Made by a program: the position numbers and the translations under genes. A DNA stretch of 33,436 bases from Klebsormidium nitens. Taxonomy: Eukaryota; Plantae; Klebsormidiophyceae. Positions 1-17,157 of the stretch are shown piece after piece (positions within the stretch are counted from its first letter, which is position 1; each line of letters begins with the position of its first letter). The notes under the pieces are model-generated. The model was given only the letters and a program-made list of their open reading frames with translations, was not told the DNA's origin and ran no database searches. The DNA is taken from assembly GCA_000708835.1 (NCBI GenBank), contig DF237731.1, forward strand, positions 1-33,436, written 5' to 3'.

Positions 1-2171
1 TGTACCAGAAGAGAGCTTGTTTTACAAATGGCGTCCCTTCTGAGCCATGGATGCTGCCCCAGAGCTCTACAGGCCCGGCGTTGCCTGCCATGACTGCGGA
101 ATGCGTTTCTGAGTGTGTGATGCAGCTTCCAGCAACCATGGAACGTGGTCTTTAGCTGAGTGTTCGGTCCGTGGTGCTGCGCCCAGCTGACGCTAGCTAT
201 CAGCTTGGTTGTGAGAGGAGACCACGTTTGGTTTAGGTTGCAGACTGGCTGGACTGCAGCAGAGTTTAGGGTCGGACATTTTTATTTAGAGTGCTGGTAA
301 ACTGACGGTCCTCCATTTTCATTCGGGGGGGCACCTAATTTTTAGGATAGGCTGGGAGGTCGTATGCTAGATAATTCCGTTTTTTCAGAGCCGTCCGATG
401 GACCCCCGGGCACTTTGGACCGGAAGATAGCCCTGAAAAACCAGAGCTCAACCCCACTCAAAAGGGGAGTTTTTGGCTGCTTTTGGCAGTTTTACGGCTA
501 CCGAGGACCATTTCAGGGTTATTTTACCTTTCCGAATTTTCACTTTCCGAATGGGAAATCCGAATTTCTGACTTTCTGAACGCAGATAATTATTTATTTA
601 TTCGGAATCATCACGTTGGACTACGGTAGACACAAGCTACCTATGGTGGGTACCGGCCGAGTCGATTCCGACTCCGACCGCCACGAAATCGACTTATCGC
701 GAATCGAATATCGTCAGTATTACCGGCGGTTCGCGTCACGGCGACTCAGGTTTATGTTACTCGGGCGGTACAAGTACTGACAAGATTTTGCTGGGCCGTA
801 AGTGACTGTGAGGAAGTCGATAGACAGTGTCATATTTTACACTTTGAGAGCAGCATCAAATTGGCACGCAAAGAAGAGCCCTATGCAGCTTAAAAAACCC
901 TCTGACAAGCAAAAAAAAATGTTGGGAGAGCGTCATGGAGGCTCCTTTGAAGGTCCAGCATCATGTTATGTTGAGGACAAATCGGAACAAGCACCATGAT
1001 AGATCGATTGCTTATGATCGACTTCCTTGGCATACACACGGTTTATTGTTTGAGCTTTGGATATCCGAGTCTAGCTACCCTACCGGCCGAATCTGACTCG
1101 TGCATGCTGCCCTATAGACCAACTTATAGCCTATAGCAACAGCCTATCACCGTTACGTTCAGCGAACCACGCGAGCATGACTACTACACTATCGGATGTA
1201 GCAACAGACAGGCAGATCGTCGGAGCTATGGTTGCACTATAGTAATAGCTATAGCCGGGGGCATGGTCTCGGAAGGGATGTAGACCGCGCAGAAGCACGC
1301 ATACTAACTCAGCTCACTTGCAGGGCATCGAGGTACATGTGCATCATGATTCAAACGCACGTGAGGATTGGAGGTATGTAGTATGTTTGAATGATGACAG
1401 CCCAACCCAAGTACGCAACAAGTGCGCACTAATTATAAGCATCATTGTTCTTGTGGGTATAGCAGGCCCGCGTGGCACATGTTGAGGGATGTGTAAGTTT
1501 TGGCCGCGCAGGCCTCGGCGTCGATCATGCAGAGCGTCTTCTTTTAGTACGGCAATGACATGTTAAGCGGTAATACGAAAGTTTATTGATCAGCAACACG
1601 TACTCCTTGGATGAGCGTGGGCACAGCCTTCGTTCACCCGAAAGTAACGGCCGACAAGCCGCCGAGCTGGCTTCAATGAGAACTTATCCCATCTTTCAAT
1701 GCATCCTCACATGCACGAGTCATAATCCCGAGACTAGGGTAAGCAGATTACCGGTTTGTCTGCCATCCGTACTTTTCCATCGACTCCATACTCGACGGGC
1801 ATCATGCGGCCTCGGGATTGCACAATTGTGTGCTGGAATCTCACGAGCACGCCAGCTTCTTGCCAACCTTTCCTGCTGGAAGCAATCGTGTCCAACATCT
1901 GATTCAAATCTCCAAGAGTAGTCCAAAATTATGCTTTCGGAAATCCAATCACAATTATATACAGTGACATCAACAATACACGCGCATACTTTATCCATCG
2001 GCTGGTGCTTCCAAGCACGGTTGGCCAACAAAGATCACGGTGTCGTGGCCCTTGCGCAGCCCCCGGCTGTGCGGCCTCCTCGGACACTGCCTCCCCCGGC
2101 CTGTCTGTTCCCCCCCCTGCGCGTCCCCAATAAATACGCGCGGGTCCCTCCATGCGCCTCTGGCGGGCGCG

Positions 2172-7390
<5,219 letters not shown>

Positions 7391-9520
7391 GGTACTGCGT
7401 CCCGACACTTGTTCCCCACAGTGGATCGGAGCTTCGCTTGTGCTGGCAGGCGGAGAGCTGCGGCAGAGCAATGGGTCACAGCGGGGACACCCGATCAGGA
7501 CGGCGCAGTGGCAGAGGCCACAGCGAGCCAAGGCAAGACGGCGTCCGCTCCGCAAGCGAGAACGATAAAACGAAGATGGCCGCAAAACGGGAGTCAGCAA
7601 TCCGAACAGCAATGAACAGCTAGCTTTCGCCAGCAGGTTGGATTGGCAGCGAAACTCCCTTAGAACAGCGAAACTCCCTCGACTTGCAAGCAACCTAGGT
7701 AGTCCTAGTTGAACTTGCAGTGCTTGCTTCTTCCTGAATCCTGGAAGAGCACGAGCTGACGGACACTGACAGTAGCCTATCGGCGTAGGCGGCAGATTGT
7801 GCACTCTGCAGTGTGCACTGTGCATGCCAATTTGCAATTTGCCACTAGTGCATGGACTGCGGCGTGCGCAGTGACTGACGGTGCATAATGCGTCGCACGG
7901 AGAGTACGAGCAGCGGCATTCACCAGCGTTTGCATGTGATTGGTCGATCGAGTTTCAGAGCCTGGCGCGTCAGACATGCTGAGGTCATATATGACATTTG
8001 GCGTGATAACACAGTAGCAAATAATGAAAGCTGACGTCGGCATGGCGCCCCTTTCCCTCGGGGCCATCTTGATCCGGACTCACATGGACGGACGGTCACT
8101 CTAGTCTCACTGGACTGGCCGCGCCCCGTCCAATTAGGGACTCTGGACTGATCAGGGCGGGGATTGCAGGGCCAAGGCCCAATACTACGTCCTACTCACG
8201 ATTAGTGATCCGGCCTAGCTTTTATAGTCTTGCATATATGGCATGAGTATGATAGTACTGTAGCAGCAACGGTAGTCCATCAAGGTCATGCATATATATT
8301 GACTGGGAAAGCTCAGGAGCGGGCGCGTTTGGAGTACTGATGTGCGAAGGTGCTGTCGACTCCCCCGCCTGCACTCGCTCCGCCGCGGGCGCACCTCGTC
8401 TGATCCTCTCAGGATCCTGACTCATGAGGTAGGCGGCGGCATGGCTACGGTGGCTTCAACTTTCAGACAATATTCTGAATCAAGCTGATCTGTATGGCAC
8501 AAATCTTGCCCTTTCTTTACTTATCTGGCCGAGCCTTCCTCCAAATCTTGACCAGTTGATTCAGAACGAGTTCAGAACGGTCTTTTAAAGTTTCCAGCCT
8601 GTGAGACGAAGTCTTCAAAGTCTTACTCTAAGCTTCGTACCGTAGATTGCGAAAAGCCAGAAAAGCAACGTAACAGTGCCCTCGAGGCGCTCTGAAGCTC
8701 TGAGCCTTCAATTTAGAGCGGCGGCTGCAGCTTCCTGGACCTTTCATATATTGGGTTGTCAGTGCCAATCCGTCAATACTAGTCGGCGACTGGATCACTG
8801 TCGTCTTGGCCCGGCCCCGGCCCGATCAACAGGCGTTGCAGTGCTTCTTGACTCGACTTTCAAAGACGGGCGACGTTACAAGCACGTTACAAGTTGGCAA
8901 GATTTTGGAATCGTGACTAGACGGCTTGGACAGAGACGATTGGCTTCCCGAGCTGGCCATCATCGAATTCGGGCCGCCGCGCAGCAAAGGCTCGAGACGC
9001 TGCAACCTGAGACCGTGGTGACACCATTCAATTATCCGCTGACTCTAACCGTCAACAAGTTTATCCTACTTGCAACCTACTTGCAATCAAGACACACCGT
9101 TTATGATTATGTTTACGGGTCGGACTCTCCTATCTGTCCTATAATGAGCTAGCGCTCCCATCGAGCTTGAACCATTGCGGTCCCTCCTGGTGGCCTCCCA
9201 CTGCTACTTTCGGCCCCATCTAGTCCAAGATGACATGATGGACTGGACGGTTCATTGTGGACTTGCAGCACATTTCGCTCGAGGCCAGTGTAGGAGGTGT
9301 CTGAACTTTAGGCTGGGCATCTGTTTGCCAACGTGTGCCGACAGGCTTGTGTACCGCTTGTCTACGCCCGTAGTAGAATAATCTGTGTGATCAAGTGGCA
9401 ATGGGCGTTAATCAGCATTCTCCAAGTTTGCCGATCCACTTTAAATCATACAACTCAAGCTCGCGTTTGTGTACTAGTATGCACAATCCACAGCTGCACG
9501 GACGTTGTCAGCAATATATA

Positions 9521-9797
9521 GGCCTATCCTGGGCCCGGAGGTTGCCAAAGTTGCCCGCGACGTTGCGCGACTTTCCGCGATTCTGCGCGACTTTCCGCGA
9601 CTGCTCCGCGACTTTGTTTCGCGATCTTCGCGACTTTCATCGAAACCTTACAAAGCTTTGACAAACATGTTTTCAAGAATGATTTGCATTTAGATATTTG
9701 CAGATCTGCGCGACGTTCCGCGACTTTCCGCGACTTTGCGCGACTTTCGTCCGCGACTTTCACCGCGACTCTGCGACCTCCGGGCCCAGGATAGGCC
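9521..9797. mobile_element. MITE (non-autonomous DNA transposon), 277 bp
   Basis: Perfect 22-bp terminal inverted repeats GGCCTATCCTGGGCCCGGAGGT (9521-9542) and ACCTCCGGGCCCAGGATAGGCC (9776-9797), each flanked by TA (9519-9520, 9798-9799). No coding capacity; about 14 internal CGCGAC(T/G)TT-like repeats. Superfamily is uncertain: the TA duplication suggests Tc1/mariner, the GGCC termini resemble PIF/Harbinger-Tourist. Confidence 0.9.
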
Positions 9798-9929
9798 TAA
9801 TATTTAGTCCTTGAAGGTCGTTCCCACCTATTCAGGCGAGTCGACAGATTACTTGTTGTCAAGAAACACCCCAAAGCCATGATCCATCTTCAACGGCGTG
9901 CATTTCTTCATCGATCATGACTGTCAACC

Positions 9930-10556
9930 AGGCTTCAGACGTTTTTGCAACGAGCTGGCGGTCTGCGTTGTCATTAAGGGGCAATCAACTCATTATAGCC
10001 TAACTCAACATCATAGAATCGATGCACATGCACAGTCTTCAAACTTCTATGCAGCCCGCCGGCTTTTGATGAAGGATCATTGCCCATCATTGCCATTAAC
10101 GTCTTGCAACACCATTTGTAGAATAGTAGAACACTGACGAATAGATAAATGCTAACAAGCAGTAGTCGTGATCTCCAAAATTACGATCGCGCATGTTTCA
10201 AGGCCTCGAGTTGGTTCCACGTACTGCTTCAATATTGATGGCGCACTGCAAGCTAAGAAAATCGCGCGGATGTTTTGTAAGAATTTTGTTCTCGAATGGC
10301 AGAGAACGTTTTGCGCTGGCCAAGTCACTGCCAAGCCTACAAGCGGAGTGTCATGCATCTGAAAGAAGAGCCATTGAATGCAATCATGTAAGGGTACCGT
10401 CACTATCCGGTAAGGTGTTCTAGATCGAGGCACCTGTGCGAGAAGGTCGCCAGGGCCTCCCCATTCCCCGCCCTGTTGTTCTATCATTGACAAAGGCCCG
10501 ATCCATTTATACACCAGTTGAGCTGAATTCCAGGCATTTTGCGCCGTCTTATTCAC
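9930..10556 (-). mobile_element. Possible decayed Ty3/gypsy pol fragments
   Basis: ORF 10556-10152 contains QLVYKWIGPLSMIEQ (like the integrase C-terminal KW.GPF motif) and MHDTPLVG...NIRAIFLACS (like the integrase H2C2 zinc-binding region). A stop-riddled frame near 10080-9930 reads RLCMCIDSMMLS*...LPL, reminiscent of RT LRMCIDYRxLN. The motif order is not canonical and the similarity was judged by eye only. Confidence 0.35.
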
Positions 10557-11614
10557 CTCTCCAGTCCTCGTATGCCCGTTTCCAGAACCAGTGCATCATC
10601 GATAGAACGGCATAAACAATTAGCGTGTCCGGCTATGCGTATACCGTAAAAAGCAAGCTGGGCCGGGCTTCGCCCGGCGGTCACAAAGCCTGAATTTCTG
10701 GCATGCAAGGCGGCCCCCCGCCCTCCCTCATGAGTTGGCCAGATGAAGCTGCAAGCCCTGGCCCCTGGCCTTCGAGGGCCGGGGTGCCACTCAAGCTAGG
10801 CAAAGTAATTGAACCCTAGATCCTAAGATCAAAGCTGATTTGGGCAGCGCATGTGAGTATTCAACATACATGATCCAACATATTGCCGGCCATGCCCTGG
10901 CCGCGGGCCAACTTGGCAATACTGATTCACTTCAAGATCCACTAGAATGCACAGAACATGTATCACTACCATGCAGGCCGCCGGTTCAGCATGATTCAGT
11001 TGGGTCATAAAGTCACGCGTATCCTATGAGGCATCTGGCTCGAGAATCTTTGATTGCTCAGCCGGCAAGCGTACAAGCAGGCTTGCCCGTCTACTACAGA
11101 AGCATATACATGTTAGTTCTTCCATGAAAGCTAGGACGCTACATCTACCCTCATGGGCTTGAGGATGTGACGGTATATAAGGCCGGAAAGTCTTGTGCAT
11201 GTGGGAAATTTTATGATTGGCACGAGATGGTACACTAGTGACGCCAGGTCGAACTCGAATTGACATCCACACCAGCGCATTTTGCAGGATGATTTGAAGC
11301 CACGGACTGACATCAATCGTATCATCGACGAGCCAGAAAAGAATGTAATGCACTCAATGATGCAAAGATGCTAAAACCCCTCGCAATTAGTGAGATCAAT
11401 GCATAAGAACTTCAGCACATGGATTTCAATGACAAGCTGCAGATTGGACCAGGCTCGACGCACCGGTCGCATTCTGACGATTGTTTCCCATCGACCCACG
11501 CGTCATGCCCACGAACTACCAGATGGCATGGACGTGAGGATTTGGCCTTGACAATATGCGCTTGCACTTGTATGCACAGTATGGTACACAACGATCCCGA
11601 AGCATAAGGCAGCA

Positions 11615-14600
11615 TCACACTGTTCGGAACAGTTCGCGCATCTCCGGGGAGGAGGGGCTGAGCTGTTCGCTGGGGTAGCACTGCGCGAGCAGCGCCTCCA
11701 GGTCCTCGTACTGCGCCAGGAACTCCTCCTTGGCCTTGTCCCAGAGGCTGGGCAGCAGGTCGTCCGCGGTCAGGTGCTTGGCCATGCGCTTGTACATGCC
11801 GCCCAGCTGCTTCTCCACCTGCACACCACACGCACCACCGCCTCAGGCCCCTGGCACGGCGCACACACCGCACGCGACCGCCGCAGCGCACGCCACGCCC
11901 CAGCGGGGCAGCACGAGACCAAAGGCAGGGCGGGGGCGCAGCTCACCCCGGCGAGCGTGCTCTTGAGCAGCTTGCGCAGGTCCGCCTTGCTGAAGCCGGG
12001 CGAGAAGGGCACCTGCAGCAGCGGCGGGGGAGCAGCGCGCGTCAGCTGACGGACAGCGGAATTGGGGCAGGGCGGAGCGAGGGGCGAGCACGGCCAACCT
12101 GCGGCGGGCATGGCCACAAGACACCCCGGGTGATCTTTGAGAGGGACTCCGGTCGGGGCAGCCAGCGGTCTCTGATACCCGGTCAACGAAAGAGCACAAA
12201 AGCGTCGCGGCAAGCCGGGCAAGACGTTGGAGGCCTTGACAACCGATCCCAAGGAAGAAGTCCAGTCCTGATTGGTTGATAAGGGCGAAGCAGTCTTGGT
12301 GGGATAAGGGGCGCCAGCCGGCTACTGCCTTTGTTGCAGGAAAGAGGGGGGGCTGTCATTGCGCCCCCCCGCCAGGCTGGTACCTCTGCGCGTCCGCCTC
12401 AATAGTCGGGCAGCGCTGGCCGCTCGGTGGGGCGCAGTGCGGCAGGAGACGAGGGGGGGGGCTCACCTCCTCGGGGCGGACGTCGAGGGCCTTGATGCGC
12501 TCGCCGAACTGGAACAGCTTCCCGAATTGCTGCACCACCCACCCGCCCGGGCATCAGCTGCCGCGCAGGGAACACCGCACGCAGCACGCAGCAGACATCA
12601 CACAGAGCAGCGGCAGAGAGCAGGGCCGTGACGAAGAGCGGGGCTGGGGGGGGTGGCCCTCACGTAGGCGATGGCCGCGTGGACGTAGTCGGCGCAGGCC
12701 TGCTCGTAGGCGTCGCTGGCCTGCTGGTAGAAGACGGCGAGGGCGGGCACGCTGTTGGCGAGGTCGAAGGTGCTGTTCTGGAACGCGGCGTAGTTCTCGA
12801 GCAGCAGGATCGGCGCGTGCTTGGGGTCCGCGGCGGCGATGCGGTGCAGCACGGCGAACATGGTGCCCACCAGCCGCTCGTACGCGCCGTCCACCGCGTC
12901 GCGCGCGCCGCCCTGCACCAGCTGCTCCATGCGACCCGCCAGCAGCGCAAAGCGCGGGATGTACGGCAGCACGCCCGCCTGCTTCAGCCCCTTATCGTAC
13001 CGCTCGATCTGGTGCGTCACCTCCTCGATGAACTGCGCGCACGGGCAGAGAGGCGCGCGTGGGGAGCAGGACGCAGACGGGACATCCGAGCCTGGTCATC
13101 CTTGATGCATTGGTGGCATTGGGTGCATCTCCGTCTTGCAATCGCTTTTGCCCTCTGGCCACACCATGGATGCCAGCCGCAGCAGGTCGACGCCGGCCGG
13201 AGGGGCGCACTTTTCCCCGGCTGATCCGGTGTGGGGCGCGCACCTTGGCCCAGCTGGCCCGGATCCTGTCGGCGCAGTCGGCGAGGAGCTGCGCGATGGC
13301 GGGGCTGCCGTGGTCGGCGGTGCCATGGGAGGCGAGCCAGGCCTCGGTGATGCCGTCCAGCGTGATGGCCTGCACCGCGTCCAGCCGGCACGCCCAGTCC
13401 ACCAGCCCCACGAAGTCCTCCGACAGCCCCGCCACCAGTGCGCCCTGCCCCGCCGCCAGCGCCGCCTGCTCCGCCACGCCGCGCGCCACCACCACTGCAC
13501 GCACCACGCCCACCGCACGCGCGTAAGCGGGCCAGGCAGAGTGCGACCAGGGGGCAGAGCAGGGCAAGGGGGCGGCCACACAGGCGCCGGCCCTGCCGCC
13601 TGCTGGCTTGATCAAGCCATAGGGGTGGGAGGGGGGGTAAGCCCTCACCAGTCTTGCCATCAGGGGCGGCAGGCGCGTCGGTCTCGTCGTCGGAGAGGTC
13701 GATGTTGAGGGAGTCACTGCGCGTGCGGCTGGGCGCTTCCACGTCGAAGCACATGAAGCCCGCAAAGAAATTGCTCTGCCACACCCGGCCACAGCGCGGC
13801 CGTTAGGCGGTGCCGATGCGGGGGGAGGATGCGAGCAGACATGGGGCCGGCAGCACAGGAGGCATGCGTAAGCAAGGACGGGAGCAGGTCAAGTGGCGTG
13901 CACCATGCCCGGATGCCAACGCGATGCCACCACCCAAGCCCGCATGGCGAGTGAGAGCACCCCGGGAAGGCAGAGACTGGAGGGTGGCTAGCGCCCGGGC
14001 CCTGCACACGCACCTCGTCGACGATGAGCGGCACGAACGTGCGCAGCATAGTAGTGTAGGCCTCCCCTGCGGGCGAAAGCGCGGGCCCCCCCGTGCCGTT
14101 GGCGGCCCCCGCCAGGTTCTCCAGCCACGAGTTGGTCGTGCGCACCAGCTTGCTGCTGGCGCGCAGCTCCTCCGCAAACGCGCGCGCCTGCACATGCCGC
14201 CCGTGCGCCGCGCCTCAGGCCACGCCAAGCAGGGGCACCCCAGGCCAGAGGACAGCGGCACAGGAGGGAGGGAAGCCACATGGACGGCGCACGGAAGAGG
14301 GGAGCGGGCGGGGCTCACCTCGCGTCGCAGGAGGCTATTCAGGGAGTGACAGTAGGCCTGGCGCAGGGGCGGCAGGCACGCGGGGTCCAGCTCCTGCACC
14401 ACGCACCAGCCACGGCCGCCAGTCAGCCCAGCAAGCAGCACCGCAGCAGGGGGCGGCCCCTGGCGCGTCAGGCAAGCAAAAGCGAGAGCCGACGCAGGGC
14501 TTGCTGACAGGGCAAGCCGCGAGGGGGCGGCGCCGGCACAGAGCAGGGGGCGCAACAGCGGCGGCGGACCTTGAGGTGCTGCAGCAGGGGCGCGTAGGCG

Positions 14601-17107
14601 CGGCAGCGATAGCGCAGCTCCGAGTGGTCTGGCCGCTTGAGGGCGCCGCGCTGGGAGAAGGCGGCCCGGTTGGCCAGCAGGGGGTCGGCAATGGCGGCGA
14701 GGTAGGTGCGCAGGAAGTCGGTGGCACGGCGCACCCACGTGCTGCGCAGCCGCTCTAGCTCCGCGCGCTTCTCGCGCACCGCCTGCATGCCGGCGTACTG
14801 GGCGGGGAGCGCAGGGGGCTCCAGCGCGGCGCGCGCCTGCGTGAGCCAGCGCGCAGCCTCCATGTTCTGCGCCATGCACGGCTCCTCAAAGGGTCCCCCC
14901 AGCAGCAGCGAAGAGAACTCGGGGGGCACGCGCAGGCGGGCCAGCAGCGCCGCCAGCTCCGCCAGCAGCGCGCCGTTGTTCTCCGCCTGCTGCTCCAGCC
15001 GGTTGTTGCGCAGCTCAATCTGGCACACGCACACGCGGCAGGTAGGCACGCATGGAGGCCGCGGAAAGACACACATGACCGGGGCTTCACTCCCGACCAC
15101 TTCACGCAGGTGTGGAAAAAATGCGGCAAGGTGCGGACCACAAGAGTTCCAAAGAGCAGGGCACCAAAACTTGTCGAGTTCCTGTGCGAACCGCAGGTTG
15201 CCCTCGTCTTGGCGACAAGCGGGTCAACCAGCAGACTCAATCACAACACTTTGAGGCTGCCCGGGGCCGCCCGACCATGGAGAGTGCGAGCGGGAGTCCC
15301 CAGCAGCCACGCCCAAAGGGCAGCCCTGCTCCCTGCCTGCCCGCGCGCTCACCGCCTCAATGTCCTCGCGCATGTGGCGCAGCTTGGTGTTGAACACGGC
15401 CAGCGTCTCGTCCATGTCGTCCGCGCGCCCGGCCGCCTCGTCCAGCGCGGCCAGCACCGCGTCCACCAGCGGCTCGCTTTCCAGGATTGCGTGCACGTTG
15501 GCCGCCTCCAGCGCCGCCAGCTCGCGCCGGAGCCGCTCGCTGAACGCCTCCGCCTGCCCGATGCCCAGCGTGTAGCTGCCCAGCAGCGCGGCCATGCCCG
15601 CCTCCTCTTCCGCGCTCACCAGCGCCTCCGCGGGGCCCACGCCCACCAGCGCCGCCGCGCCGCCCTCCGCGCCGCCGCCCACCGCCACGCCCACCCCCGC
15701 CACCATGGGCGGGCCCAGCTCGGGCGCCCCGGCGGGCAGCGGGGCAGCGTGCGCCTGCGGTGGGGGGGGGACAAAAGGAGAGGGCCTGAGGCACACCGCG
15801 TACACAAGCAGGGCGGGCCAGCAAGGGGAGTGGCGCAGCAGGCCGCCTGAGGCACACTGTAACCAGTCAGGTGGGGCAGGAGAGGAGAGGGGGGGGACTG
15901 ACCTGGGCCCAGAGCGCCATCTCCACAACGTCGAGGCCCACGACGACGGGCAGCTTGAGGCCATTCTCTCGACAGAGGCGCAGCAAGGTAACCACCAGCA
16001 GGTTCCTGCACGCACGCACACCGCGCACAGTGAGGGAGCAGGCAGACCCCGCAAGCGCCAACCAAAGGGGGCACACAAGAAGAGATGCGGCCACTGAGAG
16101 GGCCGGCCAACGGAGGGAGGCGGGAGCGCACCTGTCATCCGGCGTGCGCGCAGTCCACTGTGGCACGGGGATCCCTGGTTTGGCATTGTCAAATCTCTGC
16201 ACAAAAGGGCAGGGGCGGACGACGGTGAGGAAGGGCACCAAAGGGGCAGGCACCGGCCTCGCAGGGAGTCCCACCGAAGCGGAGTTGGCGCTTGGCCACC
16301 CAGCCGACAGTATAGCGGCGAAGCACAGGGGCACGGGCGCTGCAAAGGGACTGAGCGCCATTGAGAGAAAAGGGGGCAAAGGAAGGATGGTGTACCAGGA
16401 AGAAAGAAAGGGCGGCCGCATCTCCGGGTAGCGCCTCAATCTTGACAAGGTGCTTCAGCTTGTACGTCTTGGACACCTGCACGGGCGCGCACCGGCGTCA
16501 GCAGCGCCCACGTGGAGCGGCCCAGGACCCGAGCAGGCGGCAAGGAAGCAGTCGGAAGGAAGCACAGGGGTGCTCCGCCTCCCACAGCGGTCACTCTCTG
16601 CAATGTGGTTGAGGCAAGGTGGCGGCAGTGCTTGCCTGCAGCCCCGCATTGCTCTGTTTGATGACGTGCAGGTTGACTTTGAAGCGCTGCGTCGCCGGGG
16701 AGCGCTTGGCTGCACACCCAGTCAGCACGGGACAGTCATGGAAAAGGGGCAACACACGACAGCATGGCGCACCAACAAAAGGGACTTCTCCGCATCCTTG
16801 GAGCTAATAGCAACTCATTGACGCCACACCGCCCCGTCAATTCCGAATGCACGTCCTGGCCAATTGCACCGCGGTGCAGCTGCGGGGATGGCTGGGCAGG
16901 CGGCCCGTGCGCAGGCGAGCTGGCGTGCTGACCTGTGACGGCGAGCACGCGCGGCTTGCTGGTCACCCGGTTCCTGCGCACGCTGAGGTTCCAGGCGGAC
17001 GCGGGCGCGCTCTTGGCCAGGCGCACCGCCGTGACCACGCTGCTCTCGGACGCCGCAAACAGCGCCTCCACCGCGGCCACCAGGCCGCCGTCCGCAGCGC
17101 CAGCCAT
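11615..17107 (-). CDS. SEC3: Exocyst complex component SEC3 (plant type), 15 exons, 892 aa
   Basis: Exons (minus strand): 17107-16933, 16709-16636, 16476-16396, 16196-16132, 16005-15903, 15754-15353, 15019-14570, 14393-14319, 14187-14014, 13775-13649, 13494-13244, 13032-12664, 12529-12467, 12012-11947, 11818-11615; total 2679 nt. N-terminal KPRVLAVT...[10 protein letters not shown]...[14 protein letters not shown]...[13 protein letters not shown], central [15 protein letters not shown]...[23 protein letters not shown] and C-terminal MYKRMAKHL...[14 protein letters not shown] match land-plant SEC3 as recalled. Intron 2 needs a GC donor. Confidence 0.95.
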
Positions 17108-17157
17108 GGCGCGCCCCGGCAGGAGCAGGCACGAGCAGGGCGGGTCAGAGGAGCGGA

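Noticed and set aside
9548-9775. Regularly spaced CGCGACTT repeats as a CRISPR array, or as E2F sites
   Set aside because: The units are only about 10 bp, have no unique spacers and lie inside a TIR-bounded element in a eukaryote. They do not match the TTTSSCGC E2F consensus.
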